From Streptosporangiaceae bacterium (lineage in GTDB: Bacteria > Actinomycetota > Actinomycetes > Streptosporangiales > Streptosporangiaceae): DNA of 64,000 bases. Shown piece by piece: positions 27,933-35,536 of the stretch. The DNA lies in the NCBI GenBank assembly GCA_019245115.1, contig JAFARZ010000211.1, forward strand, positions 36,688 through 100,687. The letters are read 5' to 3'. The notes under the pieces were generated by a model, which saw only the letters and a list, made by a program, of their open reading frames with translations, had not been told where the DNA came from and did no database searches. How positions within the stretch are numbered: the first letter of the stretch is position 1; the number at the start of each line of letters is the position of its first letter. A program made the position numbers and the translations under genes.

Positions 27933-28328
27933 CTATCCGCGCGGGCCGTCCTGCCAGATGCCGATGACGTTGCCGGCCGGGTCGCGGATGGTGGCTACCC
28001 ACAGGTTCCCTTCCGGGTAGGGCGGGGTGACCAACTCGGCGCCGCGGCCGATCGCCGCGCGCATCGTGGCGTCGAGGTCGGTGACGTAGATGTAGGGCAG
28101 CACGCCGGCTTCCCCGGCGGCGGGCAGATCGGTGCGCCAGTGCCCGATGACGTGGCCGGTGCCGTCGCTGAAGCTCGGCTCCGCCGCGGAGCCGCGCAGT
28201 TGCCATCCGAAGACGGCCCGGTAGAAGTCCGCTGATTCCGGCACGTCGCGGGCGGGGATGCGCAGGTAAGACACGCCGCCTGGCCGGGCCACCGTGCCCT
28301 CTACCCCCGGGTCACTCTGATCGGTCAT
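27933..28328 (-). CDS. VOC/glyoxalase-family protein
   Basis: Start MTDQSDPG. YLRIPARDVPESADFYRAVFGW...RDPAGNVIGIWQ is typical of the family. Confidence 0.85.
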   Translation of the reverse strand: MTDQSDPGVEGTVARPGGVSYLRIPARDVPESADFYRAVFGWQLRGSAAEPSFSDGTGHVIGHWRTDLPAAGEAGVLPYIYVTDLDATMRAAIGRGAELVTPPYPEGNLWVATIRDPAGNVIGIWQDGPRG

Positions 28329-28359
28329 CGCTGGTCGCCTCCTGCCTGCGTGACGCCTC

Positions 28360-28809
28360 TTACTCGAAACGGTATCCGCCGTCGGTGGTGAGCCAGACCG
28401 GGGTCCGGCCGTGACGCAGCGCGGGAATCCGCTCGGGGTCATGGGTAGGTTTGAGGATGTAGCCCTTTGCCTCATCCAGCGGATCGTGGCCTTCCAGCCG
28501 TTCCATGCAACCCGTCGAGGGGGTGCCCAGGACCGTGATGAGGTTCGCCGGGGAATCGCCGCGGGTGCGGTTGCGCCGCCAGATCGTGTACCGCTGCCCG
28601 ATGACGCTTTCCCCGCAGCAGAAGCACCGGTAACCGTCCCGCTCCAGCACGAGCCACATCGTCTGCGGGGAAAGGTGTCTCGGCCGCGACGTGTTCGGCC
28701 CGGGCGTCTCCCCGCGATAGTGGTCGTTCTCGGCCGCGACGCGGCGGCTCAGCGCGTTGTAGTAAATCAGGTGCGAGCGACTGTGGGTCATATTGATGTG
28801 ACTGGCCAA
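28360..28809 (-). CDS. HNH-endonuclease-like protein, possibly degenerate
   Basis: ERDGYRCFCCGESV...YTIWRRNRTRGDSPANLITVLG...TGCMERLE has an HNH zinc-ribbon layout. The usual His positions read W/R and M. Confidence 0.55.
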   Translation of the reverse strand: MASHINMTHSRSHLIYYNALSRRVAAENDHYRGETPGPNTSRPRHLSPQTMWLVLERDGYRCFCCGESVIGQRYTIWRRNRTRGDSPANLITVLGTPSTGCMERLEGHDPLDEAKGYILKPTHDPERIPALRHGRTPVWLTTDGGYRFE

Positions 28810-28856
28810 CGGCCGGATTATGACGCGGCATGCGCCGGACGTCAGCCATCAGGCGA

Positions 28857-28883
28857 GCCGCCCGTGGTTGTTCCACGGGCGGC
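28857..28883 (-). terminator. 11-bp perfect-stem hairpin after the chitinase gene
   Basis: GCCGCCCGTGG-ttgtt-CCACGGGCGGC, 12 nt downstream of the chitinase stop. Confidence 0.5.
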
Positions 28884-28894
28884 CCGCCATGGGA

Positions 28895-30670
28895 TCACGG
28901 AAGCGTCGTCAGGTGGGGCGCCACCGTGCTGGCGAAGTTGTAGCCGTTGGACGCGTCCCAGTTGATGGACCACGTCATCACGCCGCGGATGCCCGGGTAG
29001 CTGCTGGATGGGACGAAGCTGCCGCAATTGGTTCGTGCGGCCAGGCAGTCCAGGGCCGCGTTGACCACCGAAGGCGACACGTAACCACTGCCGGCCGCCG
29101 AGGGGGAGGAGGGCAGCCCGAGGCCCACCTGGGAGGCCGAGAGCCCGCCCTGCAACTCGGTGCAGGCCAGCGCGGTCATGAAGTTCTCGGTGCCTTCGGA
29201 GTAGACGTTCCCGTCACAGCCGTTCATTGAGCCCGAGTTGTAGTACTGCGTGTTGATCATCGTGAGGATGGACTTGATGTTCAGCGCGAGCTGGAAGTAG
29301 TCGTTGCCGGTGGACTGCGTGTCCACGGTCTGCGGCGCCAGCGTGATGATCAGGCTGGAGCCCACGTCGCTTTCCAGCTGCTCCAGCGCTGACGCCATGA
29401 ACTGCGGGTTGACGCCGTTCTCCAGGTCGATGTCGACGCCGTTGAACCCGTACTGCTGAATGATCGAGTCCACGCTGCTGGCGAAGCTGGCGGCGCTGGT
29501 GGCGTCGTTGACGCTGATCGTGCCGTTCTGGCCGCCGACCGACAGGATGACCTTCTGGCCACGGGCCTGGAGCGTGTGGATGTCGCTGATGAACTGCTGC
29601 TGGGTGTAGCCGCCGAGCGCCGAGGACAGGCCGGAGTCGAGGCTGAACGTGACCTGCCCCGGCGTGCTGTCCGAATCGCCGAACGCGACCGCGATCAGGT
29701 TGTAGCTGGCCGGCGCGTCGGCCAGGGTCAGCGGCTGGGCGCCGTTGGTGAAGTCCTGCCAGTAACCCATCAGCAGATGCGCGGGGAGCCCGCTCCCACC
29801 GCCGCCCCCGCCACCCGACGCGGTGGTGGCGTTGACCTGGCTGGACTGCGGGGACTGGCCGGCCGGGTTGTAGGCGGCCACGGTGAAGGTGTAGGTGGTC
29901 GATGCGGCGAGGCCGGTCACCGTGTCACTGGTTCCGGTCACGTTGGCCACCTGGGAACCATTGGAGTACACGAGGTAGCCGGTGACGGTCCCGGACGGAG
30001 CGGTCCAGGACAGCGACACCGACGACGACGTGGTACCGGTGACCGTCAGGCCGGTCGGGGCCGCTGGCGCGGTCCCGCCGCCTCCGCCGCCGTTGCCCGC
30101 CGGTCCGGTCAGCGACAGGTTACCGGCGTAGAAGGTCGGCTGGGCGTACCAGCCATGGACGTACACGGTCACGCTGGTCGTGCTGGCACCGGTGGTGAAG
30201 CTGGTGGACAGCTGCGTCCACGAAGTGGCCGAAGGCGTCCAGGCGTCGGTGTCGCTGCTCCCGGTTCCGCTGTCACCGAGGAAGACGTAGTCGCCTTGCA
30301 CCAAGCCGGTCAGCGTATAGGAAGAATCGGGCTGAACGCTGACGACCTGGCTGCACTGCGCGTCGTCGCTGCTGGTCGGCGTCCCGGCCAGCGCGTGCGA
30401 CGAACCCGGGGCGACCGGCGAGGACACCACCGTGTCGCCGGACGAGCACGTCCACCCGGCGGTGCTTCCGGTCGCGAAGTCGCCGTTGGTGAGCAAGCTG
30501 GACTGCGCCGACGCGGCGGGCGCCGTGAACCCCACGGCCAACCCCACCGCCAGCAACGCGGCCGGAACAAGCGACCCCGCCAGCCGCAGCCGCCGGCGGG
30601 CGCGGAACGGGCGCGAGAGAACCGCTCGAAGGCGGCCATTACTCAGGCGGGAACGGGACGGATCTCTCAC
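28895..30670 (-). CDS. Secreted GH18 chitinase with N-terminal carbohydrate-binding module and Fn3 domain
   Basis: Signal peptide ending ...APAASAQS, CBM-like beta-sandwich, Fn3 (APTGLTVTGTTSSSVSLSWTAP) and catalytic FNGVDIDLE (DxDxE). Confidence 0.9.
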   Translation of the reverse strand: MRDPSRSRLSNGRLRAVLSRPFRARRRLRLAGSLVPAALLAVGLAVGFTAPAASAQSSLLTNGDFATGSTAGWTCSSGDTVVSSPVAPGSSHALAGTPTSSDDAQCSQVVSVQPDSSYTLTGLVQGDYVFLGDSGTGSSDTDAWTPSATSWTQLSTSFTTGASTTSVTVYVHGWYAQPTFYAGNLSLTGPAGNGGGGGGTAPAAPTGLTVTGTTSSSVSLSWTAPSGTVTGYLVYSNGSQVANVTGTSDTVTGLAASTTYTFTVAAYNPAGQSPQSSQVNATTASGGGGGGGSGLPAHLLMGYWQDFTNGAQPLTLADAPASYNLIAVAFGDSDSTPGQVTFSLDSGLSSALGGYTQQQFISDIHTLQARGQKVILSVGGQNGTISVNDATSAASFASSVDSIIQQYGFNGVDIDLENGVNPQFMASALEQLESDVGSSLIITLAPQTVDTQSTGNDYFQLALNIKSILTMINTQYYNSGSMNGCDGNVYSEGTENFMTALACTELQGGLSASQVGLGLPSSPSAAGSGYVSPSVVNAALDCLAARTNCGSFVPSSSYPGIRGVMTWSINWDASNGYNFASTVAPHLTTLP

Positions 30671-30782
30671 ATGACCTCCAGCGCGGTGAGGCCGCTCCCC
30701 AATTAATAGTAAAGTTTCTTAAAAGTTAATGCATAGCGTAACTCCAGCACCGCCCCCCGTCAATCCCTCCCCGTCGGCCCGC

Positions 30783-30912
30783 CGCAACGGCAGGGCCCAC
30801 CGGCCGCCCGGCAACAGCAGGCCCACCGGCCGCCCGGCAACAGCACACCCACCGGCGGCGCGGCAACAGCAGGCCCACCGGCGGCGCGGCAACGGCAAGG
30901 GCCGTCGGCTAC
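30783..30912. repeat. About five tandem copies of a 26-bp unit CGGCAACAGCAGGCCCACCGGCSGCS
   Basis: Units begin at 30783, 30809, 30835, 30861 and 30887. The period is not a multiple of 3. Lies 110-240 nt upstream of the chitinase start. Confidence 0.8.
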
Positions 30913-31173
30913 TACCGGAAGTCCGCGCGCAGTGCCCTGGGGACTAATCCAGAAATGTCGGGTATCGCCGACGAGGCGTAGCTGATGATCCGTAAATAGG
31001 TGCGGAGCGAGACTCTTGTGTTAGGCGTGGTGCTACCTACACGCCGCACAGCGTCGGGGGCGTCGGCGGCTATTCACCAAGCGTCGTGGGCTTGTACCAG
31101 CCCGGCAGGTCCAGGCGCAGGGAGCCCAGGTACACATCTTGCCACGCTCATCCCGCCTGCATCAGGGAGCGCG

Positions 31174-31227
31174 CGGATGGATGTGGCAGCGACCCGGTTA
31201 TAACCGGGTCGCTGCCACATCCATCCG
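31174..31227. repeat. 54-bp perfect palindrome
   Basis: cGGATGGATGTGGCAGCGACCCGGTTA|TAACCGGGTCGCTGCCACATCCATCCg, with no mismatch and no spacer. Confidence 0.9.
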
Positions 31228-31300
31228 ACAAGGATCCGAATTTGGATCGCTGACGCTACCTGAATAGTCGCCACGACGAGGGTGCAATACGCGAGGCGTA

Positions 31301-31367
31301 TCGATGGCGCCATCGATGTCGTTACGGCGGACAATTTCGGGCGCCATCGACATGGATGGCGCCATCG
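31301..31367. repeat. Cluster of GATGGCGCCATC palindromes
   Basis: TCGATGGCGCCATCGA at 31301-31316, GGCGCCATCGA at 31340-31350 and GATGGCGCCATC at 31355-31366. Confidence 0.65.
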
Positions 31368-31419
31368 TCGCATGTGCGGAGGAACGCAGCCGGAAGCATG
31401 CATCGCGGGAGCGGCGGAG

Positions 31420-31620
31420 TCGCGGGCGGCCGCGGGCCTGCGACCCGGGTGCCGGCCTGCCGGCCCGACCCGGCGCTGGCACGCGGACCCGGCCGCGGGC
31501 CTACGGACCCGGGTGCGCCCTGGGACCCGGGCGCCGGCCTGCGGACCCGGGTGCCGGGCTGCCGGCCCCGACCCGGGTGCCGGGCTGCCGGCCCGACTGG
31601 GGCGCCGGGCTGCTGCTGGC
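31420..31620. repeat. Degenerate GC-rich tandem array of about eight GACCCGGG-initiated 18-26-bp units
   Basis: Unit starts at 31442, 31467, 31486, 31506, 31524, 31544, 31570 and 31595. Irregular period, non-coding. Confidence 0.7.
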
Positions 31621-31624
31621 GTCC

Positions 31625-31798
31625 GGTTTGCTGGGACGTGACCGTTATGTGTACGGCGGTTGTGCCGGAAGATGCGGAAGAAAGGGGCCTCGTGGAAAGT
31701 TGGGCGCTGGTTTCCAGCACCTTTTTCTCCAAGGGGCTCCTTTTTTCCATGAGATGGCGGGCGGGTGCCCCGTTGTGCGGTGATATGCGTAGCTCACC
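31625..31798 (-). repeat. Structured intergenic repeat, copy B (reverse orientation)
   Basis: The reverse complement aligns with copies A and C. Core hairpin at 31667-31748. Confidence 0.75.
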
Positions 31799-32008
31799 GT
31801 ATCCCTTCGCATACCCAGTGACATAAGCTGACCGGGGGCGCGGAGCGTGCGAGGGTCGCTGCAGGTTACACGGGACCGGGCGAGGGGCGTGTGGCGGGTC
31901 GGCTGCCGGGACTGTATGTGTGACTGCGGATGATCTCCCGTGCTGTTGACGGCGATCGTGATCTGTGCTTACTTACAGAGTAGGGTCGATACGAACAGGA
32001 CAGGTCTA

Positions 32009-32212
32009 ATGGCTACGAGTAATGACCCCCTGCTGGAGACGCGTTTCTTCACCGTGGGCGAGATCGCCAGGATCGCACGGGTATCGAAGATGACCGTGTA
32101 CCGCGAAGTTCACGCGGGGCGGCTTGACTCGGTGCGCATCGGACGATCATTCCGCATACCAGAGGAATCAGTACGTCGGTGGCTGGGCGGCCCGCTCGCT
32201 GCCACGGCCTGA
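32009..32212 (+). CDS. Small excisionase-family (MerR-like HTH) DNA-binding protein
   Basis: 67 aa. FFTVGEIARIARVSKMTVYREVHAGRLDSVRIGRSFRIPEESVRRWL. No integrase nearby. Confidence 0.75.
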   Translation: MATSNDPLLETRFFTVGEIARIARVSKMTVYREVHAGRLDSVRIGRSFRIPEESVRRWLGGPLAATA

Positions 32213-33079
32213 CTGAGCTGACGCTGAACCAGGAACCGCGGCCAGCGCCAGGGGGAACCGCTCCCGCACCGTCGCCGCGGTCCGATCTGGCGACGCTTCC
32301 CATACGTCGGCGTTGAAGATCTCGACTTCGATGTAACCGTCATATCCGGCCGCCGTCACGGCGGCCGATATCGGCGGGAAGTCGATCACGCCGTCGCCCA
32401 CATGCCCCCGGCCCAGAAGCACGTCGGCGGGCAGCGGCAGCACCCAGTCGCACACCTGGTAACTGACGATCCGTCCGGCCGCGCGGGCGATGTCATCCAG
32501 CACCCGAGCGTCCCACCAGACGTGATACGTGTCCACGACGACGCCCACCGCGTCCGCGGGGAACCGCAGCGCGAGTTCCACCGCCTCGCCCAGCGAGCTG
32601 ATCACGCACCGGTCGGCGCAGAACATGGGATGCAGGGCCTCGATCCCCAGCCGGACCCCCAGTCGCTGCGCGTCCGGCACCAGGTCGCCCATCGCGTCGG
32701 CGATCAGGCGCCGGGCCAGGGCTAGATCGTGGCATCCGGTCGGCAGGCCACCGGACACCAGGACGAGCGTGTCAGCGCCGAGTTCGGCCGCTTCGGCGAT
32801 GGCGGCGCGGTTGTCCGCCAGCGCGGCGGCGCGCTCTCGCGGATCGATGTGCGTGAAGAACCCGCCCCGGCACAGGCTTGACACGTAGAGCCCGGCGGCG
32901 CGTACCGCGGCCGCCGACTCGGCCAGGCCGAACTCGGCGACCCGGTCCCGCCACAGTCCGATCGCCGGGATGCCGTGACGGACACACAGGTCCGCTGTCT
33001 GCGCCACCGTCAGCTTCTTGACCGTCGCCTGGTTCAGCGACAGCCGGCGCAGGCCGAGACCGTCCTCCTCCCAAGCCAT
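32168..33079 (-). CDS. Sugar phosphate isomerase/epimerase (xylose-isomerase-like TIM barrel)
   Basis: Start MAWEEDGLGLRRLSLNQATV. ATGA overlap with the DUF993 stop. LGIEALHP and IEVEIFN motifs. Confidence 0.85.
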   Translation of the reverse strand: MAWEEDGLGLRRLSLNQATVKKLTVAQTADLCVRHGIPAIGLWRDRVAEFGLAESAAAVRAAGLYVSSLCRGGFFTHIDPRERAAALADNRAAIAEAAELGADTLVLVSGGLPTGCHDLALARRLIADAMGDLVPDAQRLGVRLGIEALHPMFCADRCVISSLGEAVELALRFPADAVGVVVDTYHVWWDARVLDDIARAAGRIVSYQVCDWVLPLPADVLLGRGHVGDGVIDFPPISAAVTAAGYDGYIEVEIFNADVWEASPDRTAATVRERFPLALAAVPGSASAQSGRGSERAAQPPTY

Positions 33080-34248
33080 CACGACAGACCTCTCAGCAGC
33101 CCGGTCATCCGGTCGACGGCCAATCCGGGATCGGCCAGCGCACCCGCCTCGGCGGCCAGCTCGAACAGCCGGATCAGATGACCGGCGGGCCGCGCCCGTT
33201 CCAGCCCGCCCACCATGGCGAAATGCGGCTGCAGTCCGTTCAGCCACGCGAGAAACGCCACGCCGGTCTTGTAGTAGGGCGTCGGCTCCTCGAAGATCAG
33301 CCTGCTGAGCGGAACTGTCGGCCCGATGGCGGCGTCGTAGCCGGCCACGTCGTCGGCGTCCAGCGCTCGCAGCGCCGCGGCGGCCGGGCGGGTGATGGCG
33401 GCGAAGGCGCCGAGCAGGGCGTCGCTGTGCCCGGTCGCGTCCCCGCGAATCAGGTCGGCGTAGTTGAAGTCGTCGCCGGTGTAGAGCCGCACACCCGGCG
33501 GCAGCCGCCGCCGCAGCGAGACCTCCTGGGCGGCGTCCAGCACCGACAGCTTGATGCCGTCGATCTTTTCCCCGGCGTGGCTGGCCAGCTCCAGCACCGT
33601 GCGGGACGCGGTATCGAAATCCACGCCACCCCAGTAGCCGCGCAGGGCCGGGTCGAACGCCTCGCCGAGCCAGTGCAGGATCACCGGCCGGTCGGCCTGC
33701 TTCAGCAGGGTGCGGTACACCTCGATGTAGTCGTTCGGCCCGGTTGCGTCCGCGGCGAGCGCCCGGCTCGCCATCAAGATCACGTCGGCCCCTTGCGACT
33801 GCACGAACTCCATCTGCTCGGTGTACGCGCGGATGATCTCGCCGATGGAGTAACCGCCGTCCGCGAGCAGGTGATCGGTGCCGGCCCCGCAGGCGAGGCT
33901 CGCGTAGCGGCCCTCCGCGCGGCGCTGCGCCGCCAGCGCCGACGATCGCGTGATCAGCTCGCGGGCCTGCCGCCATTTCAGCCCCATGCCGCGCTGCGCC
34001 GTGTCCATCGCCTCGGCCACGCCGAACCCGTGCGACCACAGGTGATCACGGAAGCCCAGTGTGGCCTCCCAGTCGACTGTGTTGACTTTGCCTGGGCCTG
34101 CGGCCGCGGCGCCTTCGGCCGGCGTGGCGGCCACGTGGGCCGCGGCGTAGACCCGCCGGGAGGCCGGCGGCGGATAGCCGGCCGCCCAGCCCGGCAGGCT
34201 GATCTCGGTCGGTTCCGGTCGTCCCGGCAGCTGGATACGAGCGGTCAT
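33079..34248 (-). CDS. DUF993 / dihydrodipicolinate-synthase-like family protein (family name recalled from memory)
   Basis: 389-aa TIM-barrel-like sequence (VDWEATLGFRDHLWSHGFGVAEAMDTAQRGMGL...). ATGA overlap with the upstream oxidoreductase. Confidence 0.75.
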   Translation of the reverse strand: MTARIQLPGRPEPTEISLPGWAAGYPPPASRRVYAAAHVAATPAEGAAAAGPGKVNTVDWEATLGFRDHLWSHGFGVAEAMDTAQRGMGLKWRQARELITRSSALAAQRRAEGRYASLACGAGTDHLLADGGYSIGEIIRAYTEQMEFVQSQGADVILMASRALAADATGPNDYIEVYRTLLKQADRPVILHWLGEAFDPALRGYWGGVDFDTASRTVLELASHAGEKIDGIKLSVLDAAQEVSLRRRLPPGVRLYTGDDFNYADLIRGDATGHSDALLGAFAAITRPAAAALRALDADDVAGYDAAIGPTVPLSRLIFEEPTPYYKTGVAFLAWLNGLQPHFAMVGGLERARPAGHLIRLFELAAEAGALADPGLAVDRMTGLLRGLS

Positions 34249-35438
34249 CCGTCGAGCCCGGCCGAAGGCGGAGACGAAGAAGGAGACGAAGAAGGAGACG
34301 AAGACGAGGGCACCTCGATCCGCCGGCCTTCGGCCGACGACCGCAGGGCCAGGTGAGCCAGTTCAACGCCGCGCGCGCCAGCGGCCAGATCCCAGCGGAA
34401 CGGCCCGCCCAGGGCCTTGAGGAACAGCTCCCACTCCGCCTTGAACCCGTTGTCGAACGTCATGTTGTCCGGCACGTCGGTCCACTGGGCCGGGTAGTCG
34501 AGCGGATCCGGCAGGTCCGGGTTCCACACCGGCAGCGGCGTGGACACCCGGTGCTGCACCGCGCAGTGCCTCAGGCCGGCCACCGCGCTCCCCCTCGTAC
34601 CGTCCACCTGCAATTCCAGCAGCTCGCGCCGGTTCACCCGCACCGTCCAGGACGCGTTGACCGAGGCGAGCGCGCCGCTGGCGAATTCGAAGACCGCGTA
34701 GGCGGCGTCGTCCGCGGTGACGTCGTACGGCTTGCCCGACTCGTCCCAGCGGCGCGGCACGTGCGTCGTGTTCCGCGCGTACAGCGCGGTGATCGGGCCG
34801 AACAGGTCCTCGAGCAGGTACTGCCAGTGCGGGAACATGTCGAGGACGATCCCGCCGCCCTCTTCCGCGCGGTAGTTCCACGAAGGCCGCTGGGCGGCGA
34901 TCTCGTCACCCTCGAACACCCAGTAGCCGAACTCCAGCCGGACCGAGAGCACCCGGCCGAAGAAGCCCTCGCGGATCAGCCGCCGCAGCTTGATCACTCC
35001 GGGCAGGAACAGCTTGTCCTGGACCACGCCGTGCGTGATGCCGGCGTCGCGAGCCAGGCGAGCCAGCCGCACCGCGCCATCCACCGAGTCGGCGGTCGGC
35101 TTCTCGGCGTAGATGTGCTTGCCGGCCTCGATGGCTTTGGCCAGGCTGACCTCGCGCGCGCTGGTGAGCTGGGCGTCGAAGTAGACGTCGATGGCCGGGT
35201 CGGCCAGCACTTCGTCCAGGCTCGTCGTCCACCGCTCGAGGCCGTGCCGCTCGGCGATAGCGCGCAGCCGTTCCGCGTTGCGGCCGACGAGCACCGGCTC
35301 CGGGAACAAGGCCGTGCCGTCGTCGAGCTGGATGCCACCTTGCTCGCGGATGCTCAGCAGGGAACGAACGAGGTGCTGGTTATAGCCCATCCGGCCGGTG
35401 ACGCCGTTCATGGCGACGTGGATGACCTTACGGGTCAT
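34245..35438 (-). CDS. Gfo/Idh/MocA-family oxidoreductase
   Basis: Start MTRKVIHVAMNGVTGRMG (Rossmann fold). EKPTADS motif. C-terminal SSSSPSSSPSSSPPS tail. Confidence 0.9.
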   Translation of the reverse strand: MTRKVIHVAMNGVTGRMGYNQHLVRSLLSIREQGGIQLDDGTALFPEPVLVGRNAERLRAIAERHGLERWTTSLDEVLADPAIDVYFDAQLTSAREVSLAKAIEAGKHIYAEKPTADSVDGAVRLARLARDAGITHGVVQDKLFLPGVIKLRRLIREGFFGRVLSVRLEFGYWVFEGDEIAAQRPSWNYRAEEGGGIVLDMFPHWQYLLEDLFGPITALYARNTTHVPRRWDESGKPYDVTADDAAYAVFEFASGALASVNASWTVRVNRRELLELQVDGTRGSAVAGLRHCAVQHRVSTPLPVWNPDLPDPLDYPAQWTDVPDNMTFDNGFKAEWELFLKALGGPFRWDLAAGARGVELAHLALRSSAEGRRIEVPSSSSPSSSPSSSPPSAGLDG

Positions 35439-35477
35439 TATGAGCCTCGGGTTCGGACGATACTCTGTTACGACGTT

Positions 35478-35494
35478 TGGGCAAGCGCTTTCCA
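35478..35494. promoter_or_regulatory. LacI-type operator TGGGCAAGCGCTTTCCA
   Basis: The AGCGCT-centred core GGCAAGCGCTTTCC (35480-35493) recurs exactly, as its reverse complement, at 36642-36655. Confidence 0.55.
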
Positions 35495-35536
35495 GATATG
35501 AGGGTACAGTAGCAGACGCCGGTGAGGGAGGGGCGG

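Noticed and set aside
31080-31130. CAGGTCCAGGCGCAGGGAGCC as a possible SRP-RNA-like motif, and the wider 30.9-31.3 kb region as a housekeeping RNA gene
   Set aside because: Only a loose resemblance to the SRP domain IV consensus. No RNase P, tmRNA, 6S or tRNA signatures could be traced by eye.
30783-31620. Tandem arrays considered as a possible CRISPR locus
   Set aside because: Units are contiguous with no unique spacers. Periods are 26 and 18-26 bp, there is no leader-like organisation, and no cas genes are in the window.
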